Below are positions 10,974-19,896 of a DNA stretch of 61,619 bases, one piece after another. The stretch lies in the NCBI GenBank assembly GCA_964584655.1, contig CAZPBD010000002.1, forward strand, positions 1-61,619. The letters run 5' to 3'. The stretch comes from an uncultured Pseudobdellovibrionaceae bacterium (GTDB lineage Bacteria; Bdellovibrionota; Bdellovibrionia; Bdellovibrionales; Bdellovibrionaceae). Position numbers and translations under genes: made by a program. A model generated the notes under the pieces. It saw only the letters and a program-made list of their open reading frames with translations. It was not told where the DNA came from and did no database searches. The first letter of the stretch is position 1. Every line of letters starts with the position of its first letter.

Positions 10974-11708
10974 ATGATGAATTTGCCCGGTCACCTTGCA
11001 ATCATAATGGACGGTAACGGTCGCTGGGCAAAGCGAAGAAATAAGTCACGTCCTTTTGGTCATATCAAAGGCACCCAAGTCGCAAAATCAATCATCCAAG
11101 AATGCGCTCGGTTTAAAATACCCTATTTAACTTTATATGCCTTTAGTTCTGAAAACTGGCAAAGACCGCCAATGGAAGTTTCAATCTTGATGAAACTTCT
11201 GAAGAAGTATTTGAAAAAAGAAACTTCTAATTTAATTAAAGAAAATATCCGATTTCAGACCATTGGTAATACCTCACTTTTATCCGCTGATATTTTAGAA
11301 ATTATTGAAGACGCAAAAAAAAGAACCGCTGGGTGCACAGGAATGACGCTGACATTTGCGCTCAGTTACGGCGGACGCCAAGAAATTACAGATGCTGTTC
11401 AGGCCATTGCTTCGAAAGTTAAAAACAATCAGCTGGATTTATCTTCAATCAATGAAGAACTCGTGCGGGGTTATTTGCAGTCGAAAGTGCTTCCTGATCC
11501 AGATCTAATTTTGCGAACAAGTGGTGAAAAACGAATTTCTAATTTTTTGTTGTGGCAGTCTGCGTACTCAGAACTTTATTTCTCAGAAAAGCTATGGCCT
11601 GAATTTACAGAGGCCGATTTAGCAGAAGCCCTACACGATTTTTCCACAAGAGAAAGAAGATATGGGCGCGTGTCTCGCCCCAATCCAAATGAATTCACTC
11701 ATAACTAG
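10974..11708 (+). CDS. uppS: di-trans,poly-cis-undecaprenyl-diphosphate synthase
   Basis: HLAIIMDGNGRWAK, AFSSENW.RP, LRTSGEKRISNFLLWQ motifs. Confidence 0.95.
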   Translation: MMNLPGHLAIIMDGNGRWAKRRNKSRPFGHIKGTQVAKSIIQECARFKIPYLTLYAFSSENWQRPPMEVSILMKLLKKYLKKETSNLIKENIRFQTIGNTSLLSADILEIIEDAKKRTAGCTGMTLTFALSYGGRQEITDAVQAIASKVKNNQLDLSSINEELVRGYLQSKVLPDPDLILRTSGEKRISNFLLWQSAYSELYFSEKLWPEFTEADLAEALHDFSTRERRYGRVSRPNPNEFTHN

Positions 11709-12507
11709 AACACTCACCGCCATTGTCGCACTTTTAGTTATTGGTATTTGCTACTACTTCTTACAGCTATCTGGACTTAAATTAATTGTTCTGGCAGGCG
11801 TGATGCTTGGTAGCTACGAGCTCAATTCAGTCCTTTTTGGAAAAACCGGTCTTCGAACAAGTCGAATTTTATTTTTCATATTCAATCTTCTTATTTTTCT
11901 GTTGAGCTCTTGGCGACCCGCATTTGCAGGTTTGTTCTATTCGTTTTTCTTTGTTTGTTTTTGCGTTTGTATCATCAGTCTGAACCGAAAAATGGAAATT
12001 TTAGATCAACTCTCTGCTTATCAGGCGAAGGCAGCTCTCGGATTTTTTTACATTGGCTTACTTCCCTCGTTTGCAGTTCAGCTTATAGAAATGCCATCAG
12101 GACTTTTTTGGTTTATCAGTCTTCTTTGTATTGTTTTTGCGGGTGATATTGGTGCTTATTTTATTGGAATGCTTTTTGGTCATAAAAAAATTATGCCTAA
12201 TATTTCTCCGAAGAAAACTTTGGCTGGTGCTTGGGGGGGATTGATTTTCTCTTTGGGAACTGGACTTTTGTGTAGTCTGTGGTTTTCTCAAATCGAGACA
12301 TGGAAGTTCGCGATTCTGTCCGTTGCCACTGGTGTTATTGCACAATTCGGAGATTACTTCGAATCTCTACTTAAGCGAGTTGCTAATGTGAAAGACTCTG
12401 GCGATTTGATGCCTGGCCACGGTGGCGTTTTAGATCGAATTGACGGCGTTTTGTTTGCAGTCCCAATTTTTTTACTTGGTGCCATTGTTCTTGAAAATCT
12501 TCTTTAG
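11689..12507 (+). CDS. cdsA: phosphatidate cytidylyltransferase
   Basis: Multi-TM protein with C-terminal SLLKR...KDSG.LMPGHGGVLDRIDG signature. I place the start at the internal ATG (MNSLITR...) rather than the track's 11662. The start is uncertain. Confidence 0.88.
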   Translation: MNSLITRTLTAIVALLVIGICYYFLQLSGLKLIVLAGVMLGSYELNSVLFGKTGLRTSRILFFIFNLLIFLLSSWRPAFAGLFYSFFFVCFCVCIISLNRKMEILDQLSAYQAKAALGFFYIGLLPSFAVQLIEMPSGLFWFISLLCIVFAGDIGAYFIGMLFGHKKIMPNISPKKTLAGAWGGLIFSLGTGLLCSLWFSQIETWKFAILSVATGVIAQFGDYFESLLKRVANVKDSGDLMPGHGGVLDRIDGVLFAVPIFLLGAIVLENLL

Positions 12508-12524
12508 TCACTAGACAATTAATT

Positions 12525-14195
12525 ATGGAAATCATACTCAGCGTCTTCAATTTTATGTGGTTTAAAGTGGTCCCGTTCATTTTACTTTTGGGCATCCTCG
12601 TGTTTGTCCATGAACTTGGACATTTTCTTGTTGCTCGCCTGAATGGAGTAAAAGTTGAAGTCTTCAGTTTAGGTTTTGGAAAAAAGTTATTCCAATTTAA
12701 ACGCGGAGATACTGTTTATGCCCTCTCATTAATCCCATTGGGTGGATACGTAAAAATGTTTGGTGAGCAACCAGGTGAAGCGATTAGTGAAGAGCTGAAG
12801 GCCGTATCATTTACTCACAAGCATGTTCTTCGTAGAATTTCCATCGTTCTTGCTGGCCCATTAATGAATCTATTTTTTGCAGTTTTTATTTTTGGTTTAG
12901 TAGCAACTATTGGCGAAGATAAAAGGCCCGCAGTTATTGGTGATGTCAGTACCAGCAGCAAAGCCTATGAAGATGGGTTTAGACCGGGCGATCGAATATT
13001 AAGAGTCTCCGGTGTTCCTGTTAGAACCTGGGATGATTTGCAAATTCAGTTGAACCAAAAAGTCGGCCAGAACATAGATATCGAAATTAAAACTGTTGAT
13101 GAAACCACTCGAATTTTAAATTCACTTGTGACGACGACAGAAAATCCCAATCCGTTAGCACCCTCAAAAACAGCAGGAACTATCGAAGGGCTGGATTTTG
13201 TTTCAAAGGCCTCCTTTGTTGCCATTCAGCCTGGATCCCTTTTTGATTCTGTAGGACTTAAAACAGGCGATCGAATTACAAAATTCAACGGTCAAGATGT
13301 TCGCTTTTGGAGAGATCTTGAAAAGGTTTTCTCAACACTTCCCGCAGGCGAGCAAGCCTCGATTGATGTAGAACGAGCCGTGGCTGATTCAGAAAAACCA
13401 GAAACTCTTTCTGTCAATTTTGTCGCGCCTTCAGTTTCCGAGCTTGCCAGCGTGGGTATTGAGTCTCCTGATCTTTATTTGGCTCATGTTTTTCCAAAGT
13501 CTCCTGCTCAATTAGCAGGGCTTGCAGTCGGTGATAAACTCATGGAAATCAACGGTCAAAAGCTGAGCTCTTGGGATCAAGTCTTAGAAAAAATTAAATC
13601 CTACGAAGAGTCCAGTGGTGCAATTAAGTTATCAATCGCACGTGGCAATGAGATCAAAAATTTTGAAATTCTTCCTAAGATGACCTCTCACATGACCCCG
13701 ACTGGAAAAGAAGATAAGCGCTTCACCATTGGAATTTCACCTTTGCTCTCGATGACTGCAGAAAAAAGTATCGTTGTGAAATCAGCAAGTATAGGTGAAT
13801 CCGTTTCGAAGGGTTTTGAAAAGTCATACGATTATACGGTCATGACTTTGTTGAGTTTCGTCCGTTTAATTAAAGGGGATATTTCTCCAAAGAATGTTGG
13901 TGGAGTTATTTCCATCGGGACAGCTGCCAGTGAATCGTTCAAAGCAGGAATTCATTACTTCCTTCAGATGATGGGAATTATTTCTATCAGTCTTTTCGTC
14001 CTCAATCTTCTACCGATCCCGGTTCTTGATGGTGGTCACTTGGTTTTTTATACTGTTGAACTCATCAAGGGTTCGCCTTTGAGTCTTCGAAAAATGGAAT
14101 TAGCTCAACAAGTTGGCCTCATGCTATTAATGAGTTTGATGCTATTTGCTCTTTATAATGATTTCTCGAGGTTGTTCGGCTTCGGGACTTACTAA
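12525..14195 (+). CDS. rseP: RIP (site-2) zinc metalloprotease RseP
   Basis: HELGHF zinc motif, internal PDZ-like segments (GDRIL.V.G ; GDKLMEINGQ), C-terminal LNLLPIPVLDGGH motif. 556 aa. Confidence 0.9.
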   Translation: MEIILSVFNFMWFKVVPFILLLGILVFVHELGHFLVARLNGVKVEVFSLGFGKKLFQFKRGDTVYALSLIPLGGYVKMFGEQPGEAISEELKAVSFTHKHVLRRISIVLAGPLMNLFFAVFIFGLVATIGEDKRPAVIGDVSTSSKAYEDGFRPGDRILRVSGVPVRTWDDLQIQLNQKVGQNIDIEIKTVDETTRILNSLVTTTENPNPLAPSKTAGTIEGLDFVSKASFVAIQPGSLFDSVGLKTGDRITKFNGQDVRFWRDLEKVFSTLPAGEQASIDVERAVADSEKPETLSVNFVAPSVSELASVGIESPDLYLAHVFPKSPAQLAGLAVGDKLMEINGQKLSSWDQVLEKIKSYEESSGAIKLSIARGNEIKNFEILPKMTSHMTPTGKEDKRFTIGISPLLSMTAEKSIVVKSASIGESVSKGFEKSYDYTVMTLLSFVRLIKGDISPKNVGGVISIGTAASESFKAGIHYFLQMMGIISISLFVLNLLPIPVLDGGHLVFYTVELIKGSPLSLRKMELAQQVGLMLLMSLMLFALYNDFSRLFGFGTY

Positions 14196-14908
14196 TGAAT
14201 TTATTGGCTTTCGAGTCGAGCACTCGCCTTGGTAGTGTTGCACTTTTTCAGGATGGAAAGTGCACTCACTATAAAGAAAGTGACATCCAAAGAAGCCACT
14301 CAGAAAATTTACAATTCTTTGCCGTTGAAGTAGTTAAGCAGGCTGGGCTCAAGTTCTCTGACATCGATTGTTTCGCCACAGGAATCGGTCCAGGAAGTTT
14401 CACCGGAATTCGAGTTTCACTGAACGCTGTTAAAACTTTCTCATATGCGTTCTCTAAGCCTTTGGTCCAGGTGGACTCTCTTCATGCATTGGCTTTTCAA
14501 AATCAAACCGCAGACCTACCACTCCTTCCACTGATCAATGCTTATAAAAACATGTCCTATTATGGAGTTTACCAACAAACCCAAGGGCAATTGACTGCAC
14601 AGGTCCAGCCCTCAGTGATTCAAATGAAGCAAATCGGACAAATTTTATCGCAGCCGCACCTAACTTTTGGAGATGGCTACCTTGCTTACGAAAAATTTAT
14701 TCCCGAATCGATGAAGTCAAAAATGATTCGGCCTCAGAATCCACAGGACTATCCCCATGCGAAGTCCATTGGAATTTTGGGTTTGGAAAAGTTGAAACAG
14801 GGCCTCACTTTAGACTGGAAATTATTAAATCCCCTTTATATTCGCTCATCTGAAGCCGAAGAGACTGCACAAGGAATAGTGTGGTCACCTCTCGACTTCA
14901 AGGAGTGA
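14195..14908 (+). CDS. tsaB: tRNA t6A37 biosynthesis protein TsaB (YeaZ family)
   Basis: LAFESSTRLGSVAL start and the GIGPGSFTGIRV motif. 237 aa. Confidence 0.85.
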   Translation: MNLLAFESSTRLGSVALFQDGKCTHYKESDIQRSHSENLQFFAVEVVKQAGLKFSDIDCFATGIGPGSFTGIRVSLNAVKTFSYAFSKPLVQVDSLHALAFQNQTADLPLLPLINAYKNMSYYGVYQQTQGQLTAQVQPSVIQMKQIGQILSQPHLTFGDGYLAYEKFIPESMKSKMIRPQNPQDYPHAKSIGILGLEKLKQGLTLDWKLLNPLYIRSSEAEETAQGIVWSPLDFKE

Positions 14909-14913
14909 GTCTC

Positions 14914-15852
14914 GTGGACTTTGAAAAAGTATCGCCAAAAGTAAAGAAATCTCCATGTATTTGGGGCGTTTCATCTGGCAAAGGTGGCGTTGGAAAAACA
15001 TTTATTTCCACATCACTTGCACTGACAGTTTCTAAACTAGGACACAGAGTTGTGCTTGTGGATTTCGATCTTACGGGTGCAAATTCTCATACAGCTTTAG
15101 GAATTGACCCTTCACATTTGAATTTAAGACATTATTTTGAATCAACGAAGTCATTAGACGATGTGATTTTGAATACTCCTCATCCGAATCTTCAATACAT
15201 CCAAGGTTTTTGGGACTCTTGGGGCCCTGTTAGTATTGAGCCTTCACATATCAATCAATTTTGGAAAGATCTGAAAAACATTGATGCTGATTATTTAATC
15301 ATCGATTTGGGAACGGGCTTTTACGAGCATCATATGAATATTTTTAAGCGCTGTGATGAGAAATTCTTGATCACTACGCCAGAGCCTACGAGCATCGAGA
15401 AAACTTATCGCTTTATCGAGTCGTTTATTTGTTCGACTCTGAAAGAAAATTCGACTGCTGATGCTTATGGAAAGCTGATGTACGTTCTTAGAGATCATCG
15501 CCAAAGAATCTTGCCCGAGCCTTTTTCTTTCAAACGCTACCTCAGCAGCCATGAAGGTTTTATTTTTGACCATTTTGAACAACTCTCTAAAAAGCCTGTG
15601 CAGTTGATCGTCAATTCAGTTCGCAGCTCCCAGCAAATAGAGCTTGGTCATTCAATGAAGTCTGTGGCCTGCAAGTACTATGATTTGTCCTTAGAGTTTG
15701 CCTCCGCCATCGACTTTGACAATGCGGTGTGGCAGTCACTTCGGAACAGAGAACCGGTTTTAATCGCTCAACCATTTACGCCATTGTCTGGACAGTTTCT
15801 TTCTTTGTGTAAACATATGATTGATCCTGAAGAGCTTCGCGCCGTAGTATAG
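14914..15852 (+). CDS. ParA/MinD-family P-loop ATPase
   Basis: Deviant Walker A SGKGGVGKT, DFDL (A') and IIDLGTG (Walker B). I moved the start to GTG 14914, which lies 8 nt after AAGGAG (14900-14905). The track start 14881 overlaps tsaB. Confidence 0.8.
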   Translation: MDFEKVSPKVKKSPCIWGVSSGKGGVGKTFISTSLALTVSKLGHRVVLVDFDLTGANSHTALGIDPSHLNLRHYFESTKSLDDVILNTPHPNLQYIQGFWDSWGPVSIEPSHINQFWKDLKNIDADYLIIDLGTGFYEHHMNIFKRCDEKFLITTPEPTSIEKTYRFIESFICSTLKENSTADAYGKLMYVLRDHRQRILPEPFSFKRYLSSHEGFIFDHFEQLSKKPVQLIVNSVRSSQQIELGHSMKSVACKYYDLSLEFASAIDFDNAVWQSLRNREPVLIAQPFTPLSGQFLSLCKHMIDPEELRAVV

Positions 15853-15856
15853 ATAT

Positions 15857-16477
15857 ATGCCTCAGCTACCAAAGCATAATTATTATGAAATTTTAGAACT
15901 CCCAACGAATGCAGGCCAGCACGAAGTTACGACTGCTTACGACCGTGCGAAACGAACTTACTCCGGTGAAAACCCAGCTATTTACACTGTTTTTTCTGAC
16001 TCTGAAGCACGAGAGCTTTTAGGACTAATCGAAGAGGCTTACTCTGTTTTAGGAAATAAAACTTTACGATCCATCTACGATCAAAGATTACTTTCCAGTC
16101 AATTTTCTATCGATGATCTTTCTTACAGCTCTATTCTAGGTGCAAGTAAGCAATATTATCCCGAGCACAAGCCTGAGCAGAAAAGACCTCAGTATCAAAA
16201 GAATGCTGACTTCGAAAAAGAAATTCTTTCTCAAACAACTTGGGACGGAGAGTTTTTAAAACGTGTTCGTGAATACAAAGGTCTTTCAATTGAACGAGTC
16301 AGTGAGAAAACAAAGATCAATCCTTACTATATTACATCCATCGAAAAAATGGAGCCTTCAAGTTTACCTGCCAGCGTTTTTGTCCGAGGTTACGTCAGCC
16401 AGATCGCTAAAGAAATGGGCCTGAATGACAAGGCAGTCGCAGATTCGTATATTTCTTTATTTAAAAAGAAGATCTAG
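15857..16477 (+). CDS. J-like domain (no HPD) fused to RodZ-type HTH (HTH_25-like) domain
   Basis: N-terminus YYEILELPTNAGQHEVTTAYDRAKRTYSGENP...EAYSVLGNKTLRSIYD has J-domain architecture but SGE where HPD is expected. The C-terminus FLKRVREYKGLSIERVSEKTKINPYYITSIE...VFVRGYVSQIAKEMGL parallels the N-terminus of the rodZ-like gene at 33518. Confidence 0.7.
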   Translation: MPQLPKHNYYEILELPTNAGQHEVTTAYDRAKRTYSGENPAIYTVFSDSEARELLGLIEEAYSVLGNKTLRSIYDQRLLSSQFSIDDLSYSSILGASKQYYPEHKPEQKRPQYQKNADFEKEILSQTTWDGEFLKRVREYKGLSIERVSEKTKINPYYITSIEKMEPSSLPASVFVRGYVSQIAKEMGLNDKAVADSYISLFKKKI

Positions 16478-17436
16478 TGTCTCATCATAAACTTGAATTC
16501 AAAATTCAAGCTGAACAAGTCAATGATCGATTAGACCGAATCATTTCGAAACTTGATCAAATACGTTCTCGAACAAAAGCTGATTTTTTAATTAAGCAGG
16601 GCTTGGTTCAAGTAAATCAAAAAGTTGTAAAATCCTCTTATCTCACAAGACTTGATGATTCCATTTTAGTGCTGATACCAGAAGAAAAAAAAATGACCTT
16701 GGAGCCCGCTGACATTCCTCTGGATATTCATTTTGAAGATGATGATATTATTGTTGTTAACAAACCTGCAGGCCTTGTTGTTCATCCCTCTGCGGGTCAT
16801 GAGTCCGATACTTTAGTCAATGCTCTGCTAAATCATACCAAGAACTTATCCATGCGATTCAACGAAACAAGACCCGGAATTGTTCATCGACTGGATAAAG
16901 AAACCAGTGGACTGCTTGTTGTCGCAAAAAATGACCGAGCCCATGAAAAGTTGGTTGAAGACTTTCAATCCAGATCCATTCATCGAATCTACAAAGCCGT
17001 TTGCCATGGAACACCAAAAAAATCAGTGGGACGTTGCGAATCTCAATTAGGGCGCCATCCAGTGGATCGAAAAAAATATGCCTCTGTTGAAGGCGGAAAA
17101 TTGGCTGCCACCCAGTATAAGACTTTGAAATCTGCTCATGGTCTGAGTCTGATGGAACTGAAATTAGAAACTGGAAGGACCCATCAAATCCGTGTTCACT
17201 TAAGCGAAATGCAGCATCCCCTTGTCGGAGATCATCTTTACGGAGCAGATAAAAAAGTGAAGTCTGTAACAGTTCAATCAATCCAAAATGAAATCAAAAG
17301 TCTGAATCGATTTTTACTGCATGCAGAACAGTTGGGCTTTCATCATCCTATTCAAAAAAACTGGCTTCAATTTCAAAAAGAATGGCCGTCTGACATTCTT
17401 CAATTGATAAAGAAGTGGGGTCTTTCTGATGTTTAA
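16477..17436 (+). CDS. rluD: 23S rRNA pseudouridine synthase, RluA/RluD family
   Basis: S4-like N-terminus and catalytic HRLDKETSGLLVVAK. GRTHQIRVH motif. GTG start. Confidence 0.9.
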   Translation: MSHHKLEFKIQAEQVNDRLDRIISKLDQIRSRTKADFLIKQGLVQVNQKVVKSSYLTRLDDSILVLIPEEKKMTLEPADIPLDIHFEDDDIIVVNKPAGLVVHPSAGHESDTLVNALLNHTKNLSMRFNETRPGIVHRLDKETSGLLVVAKNDRAHEKLVEDFQSRSIHRIYKAVCHGTPKKSVGRCESQLGRHPVDRKKYASVEGGKLAATQYKTLKSAHGLSLMELKLETGRTHQIRVHLSEMQHPLVGDHLYGADKKVKSVTVQSIQNEIKSLNRFLLHAEQLGFHHPIQKNWLQFQKEWPSDILQLIKKWGLSDV

Positions 17437-18103
17437 GGAAACCGAAATCGGTTTTGAATTATTAACACATGACTATCTTGTTTTTTTTGGAAAGTACCCA
17501 TCTCAGTTAAAATCACTACATCAACAATACCCCTACTTAGATTGGGCTCAACTCAAACAAGTCCATGGAAATCAAATTGTTCAAACTTCGAAGGCCGAAA
17601 TAGAACTTCAAACAGCAGATGCTCACTGGACTTCTACTTCTCAGCTAGCACTCATTACTAAAACCGCAGATTGCATTCCAATTCTTGGGTTCAATCAGGT
17701 TTCGAAAGCAATCGTTTCCATTCATGCCGGATGGAGAGGGGTTGCAAATCAAATTACAAGCCTATCGATACAACAGTTATCACAATCTCATCCCGTCGCT
17801 GGTTGGAAATTGTTTGTGGGCCCTCATATTCAGCAACAGTCTTTTGAAATTCAGCAAGACACTGTCGACCAATTGAAAGAATGCACCTCACTAACGAGTT
17901 CCGAATGGCTTATTCCCACAACGACAGGGTTTAAAGCCAACTTAAGTTTAATTCTTCTTCAACAACTGCAAGACTGTGGGATTAACAAGAATCAAATTCA
18001 TACACTTTATTTCGATACAAAATCAGATTTAAGATTTCATTCATTCCGAAGAGACAAAGAACTCTCCGGACGACAGTTGAGCTTCATTGCTAAAATTCAG
18101 TAA
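17429..18103 (+). CDS. pgeF: YfiH/PgeF family protein (peptidoglycan editing factor / laccase-domain protein)
   Basis: TADCIPIL and HAGWRG motifs. The rluD-yfiH adjacency is classical. Confidence 0.85.
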   Translation: MFKETEIGFELLTHDYLVFFGKYPSQLKSLHQQYPYLDWAQLKQVHGNQIVQTSKAEIELQTADAHWTSTSQLALITKTADCIPILGFNQVSKAIVSIHAGWRGVANQITSLSIQQLSQSHPVAGWKLFVGPHIQQQSFEIQQDTVDQLKECTSLTSSEWLIPTTTGFKANLSLILLQQLQDCGINKNQIHTLYFDTKSDLRFHSFRRDKELSGRQLSFIAKIQ

Positions 18104-18143
18104 TTTTTGTTTACTCCTCAGGGAATCTATTTAAGAATTAATT

Positions 18144-18596
18144 ATGTTAGTTCTTGATATCGTCATGGTGGGACTTTTTGCTCTTTGTCTTTACCTCTTT
18201 ATAAAAAATCCACTTTTTAAAAAATATGACACTCCATCATGGACAGACCCGCTGTTGGGATTTGTTCTAACGTCGGTCGTAGTTGGATATTTTTATATCT
18301 TTCACTATGCAATCAAGATTGTTCCTGAAAGTGATTTCAGTCCGTGTGGAAAGCGCTCTTTGCAGATCGAGTGTTATTCTGTTTCCGAAGAAACCTGTAT
18401 GATCGCTTGGAACTCTTCACGCGGAAGTTGTGACGAGCGAATGGAAGAAATAATTAAAGAGCGGCCTGCAGCTCTTGTTGGAGCTTTCCTAGATACCTGT
18501 ATCAGTCGAAATTTTGATAAAGTGATGCATTACAACCGTCGCAATGAAAATCAGAGCAGCTGCATGTCTTATTTTTCCAAAGTTGATAAGAAATAG
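18144..18596 (+). CDS. hypothetical membrane-anchored Cys-rich protein (150 aa)
   Basis: Two N-terminal hydrophobic helices, then a domain with 6 Cys residues. No family recognised. Confidence 0.5.
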   Translation: MLVLDIVMVGLFALCLYLFIKNPLFKKYDTPSWTDPLLGFVLTSVVVGYFYIFHYAIKIVPESDFSPCGKRSLQIECYSVSEETCMIAWNSSRGSCDERMEEIIKERPAALVGAFLDTCISRNFDKVMHYNRRNENQSSCMSYFSKVDKK

Positions 18597-18616
18597 TGTT
18601 CTTTAAAAGATAAAAA

Positions 18617-18692
<76 letters not shown>

Positions 18693-18746
18693 ACATAAAT
18701 GCGGGAAGTGATTTTCTAACTTTTATGACTACTTGAAGTCAACCAT

Positions 18747-19895
18747 TCACACCTTATCGAGTGCTGATTTTAGATCCCCCAAAAGATCATCTAAGTCTTC
18801 AAGACCCACAGATAGCCTGACTAAAGTGTCATCAATGCCCAGCGCTTTTCTGTTTTCCAGAGGAACGCTAGCATGCGTCATTATCGCAGGATGCTCGATC
18901 AAAGACTCAACTCCACCTAAGCTTTCCGCCAGTGCAAATAGCTTCACGTTTTCTAACAGGGTTCTAGCTTCAGAGATCCCACCCTTCATGAAAAGTGTGA
19001 TCATCCCACCCATTCCAAGCATTTGATCCTTCGCAAGGCCATGCTGGGGGTGTGAGCTTAAACCGGGGTACAAAACCTTATCGATCTTTGGGTGTTTTTC
19101 TAAAAACTGAGCCACGGCCAAAGCGCTTTCAGCATGAGCCTTCATTCGGATGGGAAGAGTTTTCAAACTTCTGAGGCACATGAAAGCATCAAAAGGACTT
19201 TGAATCCCACCCATGGAATTACTTAAAAAGGCGAGTTTTTCAGCAATTTCATCGCTATTCGTAACAACGGCACCACTGACGAGATCCGAATGACCCCCGA
19301 TATACTTAGTGGCTGAATGAACAACCATATCGGCACCCAAAGAAATCGGTCTTTGGAAGTAGGGGCTCATAAAAGTGTTGTCGACGACAACTAGAATGTT
19401 CTTCTCGTGAGCCATCTTTGAAATTTTTCTGATGTCGACAAGTTTAAGAGTCGGGTTTGTCGGAGTTTCTAGCCAAACTAATTTTGTGTTTGGTTTGAGT
19501 GCTTTCTTGAAATTTTCTGCATCAGTTAAATTTGTGTAAGTGAAATCAAGGCCATTGTGTCGCAAAACCTTGTCGAACAATCGAAATGTACCGCCGTACA
19601 TATCGTCATTTGCAATGACATGATCACCTTGCTTCAACATATGAAGAATTGTTGTGGTGGCTGCGCATCCAGAGGCAAACGCAAATCCATGCTTTCCTTC
19701 CTCGAGGCTTGCTAAACAGTTTTCAAAAGCCTTTCGAGTTGGATTGTGGGTTCTAGAATACTCCCAACCTTTATGGACGCCAGGTGAAGATTGAACGTAA
19801 GTAGAAGTTAAATAAACAGGAGTCATAATCGCGCCTGTTGTTGGATCGGGCTCTTGGCCTGCGTGAATAGCTCGTGTAGAAAATCCTTGATTCAT
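18747..19895 (-). CDS. cystathionine gamma-lyase/gamma-synthase family PLP enzyme
   Basis: Cys/Met-metabolism PLP family: STRAIHAGQ start and the PLP-lysine motif HSATKYIGGHSD. Start placed at Met16 (GGGAG SD upstream), 1 nt after the upstream stop. Confidence 0.88.
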   Translation of the reverse strand: MNQGFSTRAIHAGQEPDPTTGAIMTPVYLTSTYVQSSPGVHKGWEYSRTHNPTRKAFENCLASLEEGKHGFAFASGCAATTTILHMLKQGDHVIANDDMYGGTFRLFDKVLRHNGLDFTYTNLTDAENFKKALKPNTKLVWLETPTNPTLKLVDIRKISKMAHEKNILVVVDNTFMSPYFQRPISLGADMVVHSATKYIGGHSDLVSGAVVTNSDEIAEKLAFLSNSMGGIQSPFDAFMCLRSLKTLPIRMKAHAESALAVAQFLEKHPKIDKVLYPGLSSHPQHGLAKDQMLGMGGMITLFMKGGISEARTLLENVKLFALAESLGGVESLIEHPAIMTHASVPLENRKALGIDDTLVRLSVGLEDLDDLLGDLKSALDKV

Positions 19896-19896
19896 C

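Noticed and set aside
12233-12239. G7 run inside cdsA.
   Set aside because: An essential housekeeping gene is unlikely to be phase-variable. I recorded it as a control that lowers the significance of the G8 tract at 41190-41197.
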